Source: an uncultured delta proteobacterium (GTDB taxonomy: Bacteria > Desulfobacterota > Binatia > UBA9968). From it: a stretch of DNA of 64,000 bases. Shown in pieces: positions 1-11,276 of this stretch. Both the position numbers and the translations under genes were made by a program. The notes under the pieces are model-generated. The model had not been told where the DNA came from, searched no databases, and saw only the letters and a program-made list of their open reading frames with translations. Position 1 is the first letter of the stretch, and every line of letters starts with the position of its first letter. The stretch lies in assembly GCA_963727625.1 (NCBI GenBank), contig CAVSHR010000005.1:576001-640000 (forward strand), read 5' to 3'.

Positions 1-1
1 T

Positions 2-151
2 GGCCTGGCTGTTCTACCGGTGGAGTGGTGGGACCAGAAATGGATCAACGACAACATCTTGCCTAAATTGGCGGGAACCAGCAGCGAGGCCGCTGCTGAA
101 GCCAGAGTTTCAAAGTCCGCTGCAAAACCCGCCCGCAAGCGGCGCCGATAA
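2..151 (+). CDS. 3' end of an unidentified protein (partial at window edge)
   Basis: Frame 2 is open from the edge: GLAVLPVEWWDQKWINDNILPKLAG...KPARKRRR then TAA at 149-151. Confidence 0.55.
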   Translation, partial: GLAVLPVEWWDQKWINDNILPKLAGTSSEAAAEARVSKSAAKPARKRRR

Positions 152-241
152 AAATCCCTCGATGGCTTTAGCCCGCCTCGCTTGGATAGATCTCCAACAA
201 ACGTGCAGGAAAAGCGGTGACTTGATCCGAGCAGGTCATGC

Positions 242-1450
242 TTATGTAGCCGCCCGGTTAGGCGAACGCACGAGAAAAAGGCAGATAACCGTGGCGAGCA
301 GCGGAAATAGCGCGATCGACTTTAGTGCGATGGGCAGACCGTAGCGATCCGCGACCAAGCCGGCGATAACGGGAGCGAGAAACGATACACCCATGTTCGC
401 GCCGTAAATAAACGCGACTATGCTGCCGGAAAGATGTTGCGGCGCGGCGGACATCGCGGCGGAAACAATCACGGGTCGAAGCGCCCAAAGCAGAGCGCCA
501 AGAGCCCCCATCCCTAGACCCAAATTGACACCTGCTTGGGCGTAAGGAATCATCACGATTACGACTACGCTCAGCATGGAAAATACCACGATCAAGGGCT
601 TATGGCCGAAGCGATCGGATATCCAGCCGACAATCGCCGGCGACATGCCGGCAAAAAGAAACAGTACCGACATGTAAGCGCCGGTCGCAGCCGCGGAAAG
701 ATTCAACTGAAGCGATAGATAGAGCGGCAGGAACGCTGCCAGAGCAGTTTGACCCATGGCCCGGAGTGTCGAGACCGCAACGAGACCACAAATCGTTCGA
801 TTTTTGACCACGTCATCCCAGACGGCGCGCCGATAATCACGCGGCCGAGGTACCGCAACCTTCCCTTCAGCGCCGAGAACCGCATAAAGGAGTCCGATCA
901 CCAGACCGGGAATTGCCCAGATTTGCAGGGTCGTGCGCCAGTCGAAATAAACGAGGAGAAGACCGATTGCGAGCGGCCCGACGACCTCGCCAAGATTGGC
1001 ACTGCTGTCATGAACGCCTAAAGCGAAGGCCTTTTGCTCGCGGTATTTCGCCGAAAGAATCGCCAGCGACTGCGGATGAAACCACCCACTACCGAATCCA
1101 GCCACCCCCATGAAAATCAACAACACCGGAAACGTCGTCGCGGCGCTTAGTCCAAGTGAGGCGACACCGATCAAACCGATGCATACCCCGAGCAAAAGGT
1201 TGCGCCGGCTCGCCAGATCGGCGAAAAACCCCGACGGGAAGCTCGCCACACCCGCCATCAACGTCCGCGCCGAGGCCAACGAGCCGGCCTGCGCGAGAGA
1301 TAATCCGAGGGAGGTCGTGATGAGCGGCAGAATAACGGCGATCACACCGTTAAAGAGATGCTCGCTCATATGCGCCGTGCAGTTAGCCGCTAACCGACCC
1401 CAGTTCACAAGCGGAACAGCTACAGTTTGAATGTTTTCAAGTTTTGCCAC
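242..1450 (-). CDS. MFS transporter
   Basis: 402 aa, about 12 hydrophobic segments, MFS loop motifs (GFFADLASRR, GWISDRFGHK). Confidence 0.9.
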   Translation of the reverse strand: MAKLENIQTVAVPLVNWGRLAANCTAHMSEHLFNGVIAVILPLITTSLGLSLAQAGSLASARTLMAGVASFPSGFFADLASRRNLLLGVCIGLIGVASLGLSAATTFPVLLIFMGVAGFGSGWFHPQSLAILSAKYREQKAFALGVHDSSANLGEVVGPLAIGLLLVYFDWRTTLQIWAIPGLVIGLLYAVLGAEGKVAVPRPRDYRRAVWDDVVKNRTICGLVAVSTLRAMGQTALAAFLPLYLSLQLNLSAAATGAYMSVLFLFAGMSPAIVGWISDRFGHKPLIVVFSMLSVVVIVMIPYAQAGVNLGLGMGALGALLWALRPVIVSAAMSAAPQHLSGSIVAFIYGANMGVSFLAPVIAGLVADRYGLPIALKSIALFPLLATVICLFLVRSPNRAAT

Positions 1451-1606
1451 GTCGCTAGCGTTCCTAGAATTAGCCTTGTTCCATATGCGGGTTTTTAGCA
1501 GTTCGCTAGTAATGGCTCTTCCGTAGAGAGGGTCATGAGCGACTTGACGAAACAGTTAACTCCCACGTTTCTTGCTCAAAGACGACATAAACTCCAGCTC
1601 ATGTGT

Positions 1607-1831
1607 CTAGCCGATAGTAATGATTTTGTTCCGAGAGGTTTGCCCGCGGCGGATTTCGATCTGCGCTTTGGTCACGCCGAAATGGCGCGCAAGCAGATCG
1701 ATGACCGATTGATTAGCTTTGCCGGCGCGCGCGGGTTCGCGCACCGCGACGCGATAATCACGCTCGCCTAGTTGAGTAACACCAGGTGACTTTGAGTTGG
1801 GCTTGACGGTTACGGCAATGGTCCGTGCCAT
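1607..1831 (-). CDS. DUF167/YggU-family protein
   Basis: VTVKPNSK...VAVREPARAGKANQSVIDLLARHFGV...GQTSRNK matches the family pattern; start at 1831 or 1849. Confidence 0.85.
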   Translation of the reverse strand: MARTIAVTVKPNSKSPGVTQLGERDYRVAVREPARAGKANQSVIDLLARHFGVTKAQIEIRRGQTSRNKIITIG

Positions 1832-1856
1832 GACCTTTTTTACAGTCATGGCACGG
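1823..1856. repeat. Perfect 12-bp inverted repeat over the DUF167 start region
   Basis: CCGTGCCATGAC-10 nt-GTCATGGCACGG. Confidence 0.8.
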
Positions 1857-1897
1857 CGCCGTTCAATAGCCGCTACAGAATCTACCTGTCGGAGAGC

Positions 1898-2377
1898 TTA
1901 GCGGACTTGTTTTTGCACCAGTTCTAAAAGCTGCTGGTAGGACTTCAGAAGATCGGTCGACGTGACGATACCGCATACCGTTTCGTCTTCTTCGACAACG
2001 GGCAAGCAGTTAATGCGCTTGGAGACGAGCTTCGAAACTGCGTCGATGATTGGCGTGCGGCGTTTTACCGTGATCGGATTGCGGGACATGAACTGATCGA
2101 GCGATTTCGCACGCGCATTGGGATTTCGCGCCAGGGTCCGATAGATGTCTCGGTCGGAAATCACTCCGACGACTTTCCGAGAACCGTCAACTACGACGCA
2201 ATGGCGGAAATGGCGGTCGTTCATCAAATTGGCGGCGTCGTCAAAGCTATGATGCGGGCTTAGCGTGACTACCTTTCCGGTCATCACATCGGCCACTTCG
2301 GTGGGACCGATGACTAAAGAAATCTCATGCAACATCCCATCTTCCTGAGATGACTTTTGGCTTAGATTTTCAAACAT
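1898..2377 (-). CDS. CBS-domain pair protein
   Basis: VADVMT...VVGVISDRD and MSRNPITV...LPVVE...GIVTSTDLL tandem CBS motifs. Confidence 0.9.
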   Translation of the reverse strand: MFENLSQKSSQEDGMLHEISLVIGPTEVADVMTGKVVTLSPHHSFDDAANLMNDRHFRHCVVVDGSRKVVGVISDRDIYRTLARNPNARAKSLDQFMSRNPITVKRRTPIIDAVSKLVSKRINCLPVVEEDETVCGIVTSTDLLKSYQQLLELVQKQVR

Positions 2378-2434
2378 TTGTTACTCCGCAAAGAGGTTGC
2401 AGTGTCGAACCCGGTTGATTATCCGAGATAGGAA

Positions 2435-2450
2435 AGCAATTATCACACCA
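2435..2450 (-). promoter_or_regulatory. Possible sigma-54 (-24/-12) promoter for the CBS gene
   Basis: Minus strand TGGTGTGATAATTGCT gives GG-N10-GC about 60 nt upstream of the start. Confidence 0.35.
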
Positions 2451-2787
2451 GCTAGCTACCCAGGATTTTGCGATGAAGTTCGTTCTCTGTGCATGGGGAA
2501 AACTACGCATAAATATCCAATCCTTCCATTGACCACCCTAAAGCCCCGCACATCACTGACATTGCCGAAGCGAAGTTTGTGCGATGTGCAATCTCAATTG
2601 TCAAAATTAGCGGTTGTCTCTCGTCAGCAAACCGCAACGGTTCCAGGTTCTTGTTCCGTTTTCAGAATCGTCCCCGGATCGGCAACGCGGGAAAAGTTTG
2701 AATCGGCGTATCAAAAACTGCGGCGTTTATGTACCTAGGACGAAGCCTGTGGTAAAAACTTGTGAAAGTTGAATGGGAGCACCATTG

Positions 2788-3849
2788 ATGACGTTAATTC
2801 TCAGCAATGACGACGTGCAAAAAGCTCTCGGCGTAAAAGAGTGCCTCGAAGTTATGGAGGAATCCTATCGCGAGCAGGCTGAAAGCCGCGCGGTCAACCG
2901 GCCTACTTGCCATTCCTATCTGCCTCACTCGCTGCCGAACTCGACTTACAGCTTCAAATCGGTCGACGGCGGTATCGGCAAGTACGGGGTTTTAGCCTTG
3001 CGCGTAACCTCCGACGTGGTTCAGGAGCAGCAAGTCCACGGCACCACCCGTCTGGAAAAGCTGCCGCTCGCTGGCAAAGGGATGTTTGTCGGTTTGGTAC
3101 AACTCTTCAGCGCGGAAACCGGAGAACTTTTGGCGATCATGCCGGACGGGCTCATCCAGCAGACTCGCGTCGGAGTGACCAGCGCGCTTGGCATGAAAAT
3201 CATGGCGCGAAGGAACTCCAAAACCATGGGGCTCATCGGCTCGGGCGGACAGGCGAAAGCTCATTATCGTTTCATGACCGCTGTAATGCCGATAAAAAAA
3301 GTGAAAGTCTATAGCCCAAATCCCGAGCACCGAAAAACCTTTGTCGAGGAGATGGAAAAAGAAACCGGGGTTCCCGGCGAGCCTGTCGACAGCGCCGCAG
3401 CGGCTGCCAGAGGCTCTGATGTGATCTGCAGCGCAACCAATTCCTCGCAGCCGGTTGTTAAGATCGATTGGCTCGAGCCCGGCATGCACTACAATTCAAT
3501 CCGGGAATTTGAAACGGACCTCGCCGTATTGAACAAATGCGACGTGATCGCCATCCACACCAACTTCGGCGGAATCCAACACTATCAACCCCCGGGAATC
3601 GTCGATGACATGCCCGGCGTGCGCCGCGAAAAACCGCGCGATTGGTCAAAATATCCCGAGATCTGCGAACTCATTGCGGGCAAAGTACCGGGCCGGACCA
3701 GCGACCAGCAAATCACTTTCTTTCTCAACAACGTCGGCACCGGCGTTCAGTTCGCCGCCATGGGTTATTGCGCCTACAAAACTGCCAAAGCAAAGGGCCT
3801 GGGCCGGGAAATCCCTAGTGAATGGTTCATGCAGGATATCAAGCCGTGA
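2788..3849 (+). CDS. Ornithine cyclodeaminase/mu-crystallin family protein
   Basis: LIGSGGQA Rossmann motif, RVGVTSA, ICSATNS, GRTSDQQITFF...GTGVQFAA; GGGAG RBS before ATG 2788. Confidence 0.9.
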   Translation: MTLILSNDDVQKALGVKECLEVMEESYREQAESRAVNRPTCHSYLPHSLPNSTYSFKSVDGGIGKYGVLALRVTSDVVQEQQVHGTTRLEKLPLAGKGMFVGLVQLFSAETGELLAIMPDGLIQQTRVGVTSALGMKIMARRNSKTMGLIGSGGQAKAHYRFMTAVMPIKKVKVYSPNPEHRKTFVEEMEKETGVPGEPVDSAAAAARGSDVICSATNSSQPVVKIDWLEPGMHYNSIREFETDLAVLNKCDVIAIHTNFGGIQHYQPPGIVDDMPGVRREKPRDWSKYPEICELIAGKVPGRTSDQQITFFLNNVGTGVQFAAMGYCAYKTAKAKGLGREIPSEWFMQDIKP

Positions 3850-3913
3850 CTAGCTTGATTTTCAATATTTCGCTGCACGGGAATCCGCATGACTCAGGGT
3901 TCATCGGAACCGA

Positions 3914-5029
3914 TCACCAGGTCTCCGCCCTTCCACCTTGCACCCACCAGTTAAGGCGCGGTTCGATCTTGAGCTCGAACCCCCTATTATGCTGCTTGGC
4001 AAGCTCATAGCACTTTTTTGCCAGCGCGATATCGACGATCCCTTGCCCGCCTTGATTCTTATAGAGAATGATTTGCTTGTCGTCGGTCCGGCCCTTGACT
4101 CGGCCGGCGAGCACGTCGGCGATCTCGACGACTTTGTCCCAGGTGATGACTCCGTCCTGCGCCGGCCAATAAAGATCGCCTTGCTGGGAATCGATCGCCT
4201 GCAGTTTTGACAAGGCAACAATGAAATCGCAGCGCCGAAGAGTGCCATCGTCGATCTCGCGGCGCGGTGCGGCGAGATTGCCGCTTTTGACCAATTCAAT
4301 ATTGCTGCCGATGACTGAAATAATGTACTGCCCTTCTTCGAGCCAAGCCCCGTCGATCACCGGCACGTTGGTGTTGGTCATGCAGAGAATGATGTCAACG
4401 TCCTTCGCGGCCAATTCCGGCGCGTCCACAGGTTTGACGGCTACGCCGGTCTTCGCGCTGATTTTTTTTGCAAAGCCTTCACGGTGCGCCGGCGTCGGGC
4501 TAAAAACCTTGGCGCTTTCGATCTTGCGCATTTCGCAAAGCCCGGCGAAAGTCGCCCAAGCTTGCTGGCCCGAACCGTAGATCCCGACGCGGCATGCGTC
4601 CTTACGGGCGAATAGGTCCAGACCCGCCAGGCTCGTTGCCGGCGTGCGCAAGTCCGCTACCCCGGTAAAATCACGCGGCCGGTGCGCCATGATCCCGAGT
4701 AAAGAACCGCCGTCGGTATCATAAATGAGCGCGAGCTCGGTCTGGTCGGGATTGAACGGCGGCCGCTTTTGCGTCGAGCCGGCGATCGCCTTTCGGTGTA
4801 GCGCAACCTGCGCGCCGATGGCGCCATAGCTCGCCGATCCGCCGGCGTAAATATTGAGCACCGTATCGAAGCTGCCCTCGCCGATATCGCGGTGCAGGTT
4901 CAGCCGCTTGCGCGGCGCGTTGACGCCCTTGGGCGAAACCAGATCACGCAGCGCGTTCTCGGTAATTTGCACCGCGTCTTTAAACGGGATCAACTGATCG
5001 ACCTCGTCGGAATGAAAAAACAGTGCCAC
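3914..5029 (-). CDS. Ornithine cyclodeaminase/mu-crystallin family protein (second paralog)
   Basis: LRTPATS, GIYGSGQQA, GRTDDKQIILYKNQGGQGIVDIA. Confidence 0.88.
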   Translation of the reverse strand: MALFFHSDEVDQLIPFKDAVQITENALRDLVSPKGVNAPRKRLNLHRDIGEGSFDTVLNIYAGGSASYGAIGAQVALHRKAIAGSTQKRPPFNPDQTELALIYDTDGGSLLGIMAHRPRDFTGVADLRTPATSLAGLDLFARKDACRVGIYGSGQQAWATFAGLCEMRKIESAKVFSPTPAHREGFAKKISAKTGVAVKPVDAPELAAKDVDIILCMTNTNVPVIDGAWLEEGQYIISVIGSNIELVKSGNLAAPRREIDDGTLRRCDFIVALSKLQAIDSQQGDLYWPAQDGVITWDKVVEIADVLAGRVKGRTDDKQIILYKNQGGQGIVDIALAKKCYELAKQHNRGFELKIEPRLNWWVQGGRAETW

Positions 5030-5055
5030 GATATTCTCCCATCAATCGACCAGCT

Positions 5056-6054
5056 TTATAGCTTGCCGAAATCCGTATCCCAAAGTTTTTGAATCTTCGC
5101 CATCTGTTCATCGTAAAGCCCGGGTGCGCCGGAGCAGGCAACCGCGTCATCGACATGCGTAGGATTGGAAAATCCGACCAACACGGTGGAGACTTTGTCG
5201 TTCATCAGCCCGAAACGGATTGCCGCCTGGGTGAGATCTTTGCCCTCGACCCCGAGCGCGGTTTTGACCACTGCCGCGCGCCTTAGATCGGTCGGGTAAT
5301 CCGACCCCGGCGACAGCGTCTGGCCGCTGCCGCCACCCCCCGCGCTGGGGTCCGACGTGAGCGCCCCGGCCGCTAGAATGCGAATGATGAAAGCGCCCAT
5401 GCCCTTGGCCGCGGCGCGATCGAGGATGCGGCCGTAATCCAACGCGCTGAATCTTTGCGGTACCATGTGTCCCGCGCTCGGATTGAGCAAATTGTAATAA
5501 CACTGAAAACCGTGGAACTCGCCGCTGTCAACCAGCTCATGGAGCGCCTTCGGATCACCCAAACCGCTGAACCCGAAGAAGTCGGCTTTGCCGCGGTCGC
5601 GCATGGTCTTGAGCCCTTCGATTACGCCGTTCGGACCCAGGACATCTTTGGGCGTCAGGCTAAAGCGCTTGTCGGCTCCGCGCTCCAGAGTCACGCGCGT
5701 GTGCAGCTGGACAAAATCGACCCGGTCACGGCCGAGCCGCGCCAGGCCCGCTTCCACCGCCCGAATGGTGGCCGCTTTGATATTGCCGACGGCATCGGAT
5801 TCGAGACGAATCTTGGTCGAAATTACCGGGTTAGCGCCCAGCTCTTTCAGAATCCGCCCGAGATTTTGTTCGGACTTGCCGAGACCGTAGGCGAAGGCGG
5901 TGTCGAAAAAATTGATTCCTGAATCCAGCGCCCGACGCACCGTCCTCACTTGATCCTCGTAAGGCGCCTTGACCATCAGCACAGCGTTGTTGCCGCAACC
6001 AAATCCGATCTCGGAAACCTGCAAGCCCGTCTTGCCGATCGTGCGATATTGCAT
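5056..6054 (-). CDS. Aldo/keto reductase
   Basis: MQYRTIGKTGLQVSEIGFGC, GINFFDTAFAYG..SE, STK; GGAGG RBS before ATG 6054. Confidence 0.92.
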   Translation of the reverse strand: MQYRTIGKTGLQVSEIGFGCGNNAVLMVKAPYEDQVRTVRRALDSGINFFDTAFAYGLGKSEQNLGRILKELGANPVISTKIRLESDAVGNIKAATIRAVEAGLARLGRDRVDFVQLHTRVTLERGADKRFSLTPKDVLGPNGVIEGLKTMRDRGKADFFGFSGLGDPKALHELVDSGEFHGFQCYYNLLNPSAGHMVPQRFSALDYGRILDRAAAKGMGAFIIRILAAGALTSDPSAGGGGSGQTLSPGSDYPTDLRRAAVVKTALGVEGKDLTQAAIRFGLMNDKVSTVLVGFSNPTHVDDAVACSGAPGLYDEQMAKIQKLWDTDFGKL

Positions 6055-6079
6055 GATACCCTCCCGAAACTCAGCGTTT

Positions 6080-6772
6080 CTAAAGATGCGCCAGCAGATC
6101 CAATATTGCTTGGGTATCGCAGAGATCCGCCAAGCACGCATCGGCTTGCCAATACTCCAACTCTTCTAACGGATAACGGCCGGTGCCGACAAGCACGCAT
6201 TTCATGCGGTTAGCACGCGCCGCTTCCAAATCCTTGGGTGTATCGCCGATGACGATGCACTGCTCCGCGTGAAGCTTTCGACCCGACCACTCCTCCCACC
6301 GGTGCTTGGCTAGCGCCGGCAAATCGGGACGATGCGCTGAATCGCTGGCGTAGGCGCCGCGCTGAAGATAAGCCGCCAGCCCGGCCGCTTCTAACTTGAA
6401 CTGCGCGGTGACTTCGAAATTTCCCGTCACCACGCTGGGAATAAAATCGGCTCCGGCCGACAGTGCCTGGACCAGTTCCGCGGCGCCCGGCAGCGGCCTG
6501 ATCGTCGTCGTGCCTTGGCGCAGGTGGTAACGGTAGCGCTCGTGCAAATTGAGCGTAAATTGTTGCCATTCAGCGTTTTGAAACTCGATTTTAAAGCGGG
6601 CCTTGGCGAAAATATCTCTGACGATCAGCGGATCGGTGTTGCCGTCCGGCACCACCGTGCGAATATCGCCGTCGACCCCGAAGGTGTTGGAGACCGCCTC
6701 GTTGAATGGCAGATAACCGTTTTGTGTGCGTGTCAACGTGCCGTCGATGTCGAACAGGATCAGTCGTTCCAT
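6080..6772 (-). CDS. HAD-superfamily hydrolase
   Basis: Motif I LFDIDGTL, VTGN, motif IV IGDTPKD. Confidence 0.9.
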   Translation of the reverse strand: MERLILFDIDGTLTRTQNGYLPFNEAVSNTFGVDGDIRTVVPDGNTDPLIVRDIFAKARFKIEFQNAEWQQFTLNLHERYRYHLRQGTTTIRPLPGAAELVQALSAGADFIPSVVTGNFEVTAQFKLEAAGLAAYLQRGAYASDSAHRPDLPALAKHRWEEWSGRKLHAEQCIVIGDTPKDLEAARANRMKCVLVGTGRYPLEELEYWQADACLADLCDTQAILDLLAHL

Positions 6773-6885
6773 GAGCAAGCGAATACTGGCACAATTGGAA
6801 TCGGCTAAGCAAATTCCAAGAGACCGGCCCGGATCCCCCGGTCCAACGTTGACATTTCGGAGCTTTCTAGATAGACAAATTGCGT

Positions 6886-6960
6886 AAGTTTTGCGCGACT
6901 GGCGAACGTGGAATTGACCACGAGGAAGTGCAAAGCATTAAGACGGCCAAACGCCTGGGT
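6886..6960 (+). ncRNA. ZMP/ZTP (pfl) riboswitch aptamer
   Basis: P1 GTTTTGCGC/GTGCAAAGC, conserved GACTGGCGAA, P2 CGTGG-AATTGA-CCACG, linker, then 3' GGCCAAACGCCTGGG pseudoknot element; lies upstream of serine/purine genes. Confidence 0.85.
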
Positions 6961-6989
6961 CTCTTAGACAGAGAGGTCCAGGTTTTTTT
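6954..6989 (+). terminator. Riboswitch expression-platform intrinsic terminator
   Basis: CCTGGGTCTCT...AGAGGTCCAGG hairpin followed by T7; its 5' arm overlaps the aptamer CCTGGG (ON-switch geometry). Confidence 0.85.
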
Positions 6990-7155
6990 ATGCCGAAGCA
7001 ATCCTACTCGCCTAACTTCATTTCTCGATTTTGTATTTCCATGCCGTCCGGTCGAAAAAGCAGTCTCCAGCCGACGCGGCTCACGCGGCTGACGATTTGC
7101 GTTGCTTGTTTGGACTCGTGGATTTAATATCGCAAAACCAACAGAAAGACCAAAA

Positions 7156-8298
7156 ATGATCAAACAGTATCTACTTTCACCCGGCCCGACGCCGATTCCT
7201 AACGAAGTTGCTCTGGCGATGTCGGAGACGATGATTCACCATCGGACGCCGCAGTTTAACCAAGTCTTCAACGAGGCGCGCGAAGGTCTGAAACGACTCT
7301 TCGGCACCAAGAACGACGTATTGATGTTGGCGTCATCCGGAACCGGCGCGATGGAAGCGTCGGTCGTCAATCTGTTTTCTCCTGGCGATAAAGTCCTGGT
7401 CATCAACGGTGGCAAGTTCGGCGAGCGCTGGCGCAATATCTCCAATGCCTACGGCTTAAATCCCGTCGAGCTTAAAGTCGAATGGGGCCATGCGGTCCAA
7501 GTCGGCGACGTCGAAAAACAGCTCAATGCCAACCCGGACATCCAGGGGGTGATGATTCAAGCCAGCGAAACTTCGACCACGGTGTTTCACCCGGTAAAAG
7601 AAATCGCCAAGATTACGAAAGGCGGACCGCTGTTTCTAGTCGACGGAGTCACCGCAGTGGGCGTCGCGCGTCTGCCCATGGATGACTGGGGCATCGATGT
7701 GCTGATAACCGGATCGCAAAAAGCGCTGATGCTGCCGCCCGGCCTGGGGTTCATCGCGCTCAGTGACCGCGCGTGGGACAAAAGCAAAAAAGCCAAGCTG
7801 CCGCGCTTTTACTTCGATTTGAATCTGGAGCGCAAAAACCAGCAAAAGGGCTCCGGCGCATTCACGCCGGCGGTGTCATTGATCTTTGGCGTGCGCGCTT
7901 CGATACAAATGATCGAGCGCGAGGGCCTGGAAAACGTTTACGCGCGCCACGCGCGCCTGTGCCGTGCCACGCGCGCCGCCGTCACCGCGATGGGGTTAAA
8001 ATTGCTGGCCCCCGACAGCCCGAGCCCGGCGGCTACCGGTGTCTATCTTCCCGACGGCATCGACGCCGACCAGGCGCTTGAATATCTCCGCGATAAAATG
8101 AACGTCACCCTCGCCGAAGGCCAGGATCAGCTCAAAGGCAAAGTGATCCGCATCGCCCATATCGGATACATGGGCGCCTTCGACGTAATCACTGCGATCG
8201 CCGCCTTGGAAATGGCGCTGAGAAAATTCGGCGCCGAAATTCCCCTAGGCAAAGGTGTCGCAGCCGCACAGGAAGTCCTGCTGGAGGCTTTGGCTTAG
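7156..8298 (+). CDS. Class-V PLP aminotransferase (serine-pyruvate/alanine-glyoxylate type; probable phosphoserine aminotransferase by context)
   Basis: LLSPGPTP, SSGTGAME, ETST, DGVT, TGSQKALMLPPG; directly upstream of serA. Confidence 0.88.
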   Translation: MIKQYLLSPGPTPIPNEVALAMSETMIHHRTPQFNQVFNEAREGLKRLFGTKNDVLMLASSGTGAMEASVVNLFSPGDKVLVINGGKFGERWRNISNAYGLNPVELKVEWGHAVQVGDVEKQLNANPDIQGVMIQASETSTTVFHPVKEIAKITKGGPLFLVDGVTAVGVARLPMDDWGIDVLITGSQKALMLPPGLGFIALSDRAWDKSKKAKLPRFYFDLNLERKNQQKGSGAFTPAVSLIFGVRASIQMIEREGLENVYARHARLCRATRAAVTAMGLKLLAPDSPSPAATGVYLPDGIDADQALEYLRDKMNVTLAEGQDQLKGKVIRIAHIGYMGAFDVITAIAALEMALRKFGAEIPLGKGVAAAQEVLLEALA

Positions 8299-8301
8299 CT
8301 T

Positions 8302-9885
8302 ATGAAGATTCTCGTCACGGATTCGCTCGCTCCCGAAGGCCTCGAAGTATTTAAAAACGCCGAAGGGTTTGAAGTCGACGTCAAGATTGGCCTCAAGCCG
8401 GTCGAGCTCAAGAAAATTTGTGGCGACTACGACGGCTGGGTCATTCGTAGCGGCACGAAAATTACCGCCGACTTGATCGAAGCGGCGAAAAATTTGAAAG
8501 TCATCGGGCGCGCCGGCGTCGGCTATGAGAACATCGACGCCGACGCCGCTACCAAGCGTGGCATCGTGGTCATGAACACCCCCGGAGGCAATAACGTTAC
8601 CACCGGCGAGCACACCATCGCTCTGATGATGGCGCTGGCCCGCCATATCCCGCAAGCCATGGCCTCGCTCAAAAGCGGCAAGTGGGAACGTAATAAATTC
8701 GTCGGCGTGGAACTCTGTAACAAGACCATCGGCGTCATCGGCCTCGGCAATGTTGGCCGCATCGTCGCTGAACGAGCCGCCGGCTTGAGAATGAAGGTCA
8801 TCGGATTCGATCCGTTTATCGCTGCGGAAAACATCGCGCGTATGGGCGTGGAGCCCGGCACCCTGGAGGATATATTCGCCAAGTCGGATTTCATCACCGT
8901 GCATGTACCGTTGACACCGGAAACCCAAGGCCTCATTAACAAGGCGGCTTTCGCCACGATGAAAACCGGCGTGAGGATCATCAATTGCGCGCGCGGTGGC
9001 ATCGTCGACGAGAACGATCTCGCCGATGCGATCAAATCCGGCAAGGTCGCGGGCGCTGCGCTTGACGTTTACGTCGAGGAGCCGCCAACAAAGGATCACC
9101 CGCTGGTCAAACTCGATCAAGTGGTCACCACGCCCCATCTGGGCGCGTCCACCGATGAAGCTCAGCTCAACGTCGCCATAGCTGTTGCCGAGCAGATGGT
9201 CGATTTTCTTGCCAAGGGAGTGGTCCGCTATGCGGTCAATGTACCGTCTGTCAGCCCTGAATTATTGGCGGTGCTGCGACCCTACCTAACCCTCGGCGAA
9301 AAACTCGGCAGCCTGCACACACAGATAGGCGGCACGCTGCCCAACGAAGTTCACGTCGAATACCGCGGCGATGTGACGCAATATAACGTCGCGCCGCTCA
9401 CCCTAGCCGTATTGAAGGGGCTTCTGTCGCCGGTTTTAGAATCGGCCGTCAATTACGTCAACGCGCAGATGATGGCGAAAGAACGCGGCATCAAAATCGT
9501 CGAATCGAAAGGCGAGGAAGCCGGCGATTTTGCCAGCTCGATCACGGTCAAGGCAAAAAACGGCAAGGAAAATCTCGAGATCGAAGGGGCGATCTTCGGT
9601 GCCAAGCATCCGCGCATCGTGCGGGTCAATAGTTTCTATCTCGAAGCCGTACCCGAGGGATATATTCTCATCTTGCAAAACAACGATGTCCCAGGGGTCG
9701 TCGGTGCGGTGGGCACCATTCTCGGCAACAACGGCATCAACATCGCCGGCATGGAACTCGGCCGCAGCGAAAGGGGCGGAAACGCAATCTCTTTCACGCA
9801 TGTCGACGAAGCGGTCGGCAAGAAAGCTCTCGACGAGCTGCGCGCCCTGCCGCAAATCGTCTCGGCAACGTTGGTAAAACTGTGA
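8302..9885 (+). CDS. serA: D-3-phosphoglycerate dehydrogenase
   Basis: 527 aa; RAGVG, GVIGLGNVG, NCARGG, TPHLGAST; ASB plus C-terminal ACT domain. Confidence 0.96.
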   Translation: MKILVTDSLAPEGLEVFKNAEGFEVDVKIGLKPVELKKICGDYDGWVIRSGTKITADLIEAAKNLKVIGRAGVGYENIDADAATKRGIVVMNTPGGNNVTTGEHTIALMMALARHIPQAMASLKSGKWERNKFVGVELCNKTIGVIGLGNVGRIVAERAAGLRMKVIGFDPFIAAENIARMGVEPGTLEDIFAKSDFITVHVPLTPETQGLINKAAFATMKTGVRIINCARGGIVDENDLADAIKSGKVAGAALDVYVEEPPTKDHPLVKLDQVVTTPHLGASTDEAQLNVAIAVAEQMVDFLAKGVVRYAVNVPSVSPELLAVLRPYLTLGEKLGSLHTQIGGTLPNEVHVEYRGDVTQYNVAPLTLAVLKGLLSPVLESAVNYVNAQMMAKERGIKIVESKGEEAGDFASSITVKAKNGKENLEIEGAIFGAKHPRIVRVNSFYLEAVPEGYILILQNNDVPGVVGAVGTILGNNGINIAGMELGRSERGGNAISFTHVDEAVGKKALDELRALPQIVSATLVKL

Positions 9886-9915
9886 AAACCAGGCAAGTGG
9901 CACGAGGACGTAAAT

Positions 9916-9971
9916 GTAGGGCCGCGGCACGGCGTGCTCCTACTCACGCCTCACGCCTCACGCCTCACGCC
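9916..9971 (+). repeat. GTAG-type REP-like palindrome followed by 4x TCACGCC tandem repeat
   Basis: GTAGGGCCGCGGCACGGCGTGCTCCTAC (9916-9943), then (TCACGCC)4 at 9944-9971. Confidence 0.7.
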
Positions 9972-9974
9972 TGA

Positions 9975-11276
<1,302 letters not shown>

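Noticed and set aside
9944-9971. Tandem repeats as a CRISPR array (also 53976-54011)
   Set aside because: Units are 7-9 bp with no spacers, and no cas genes are present.
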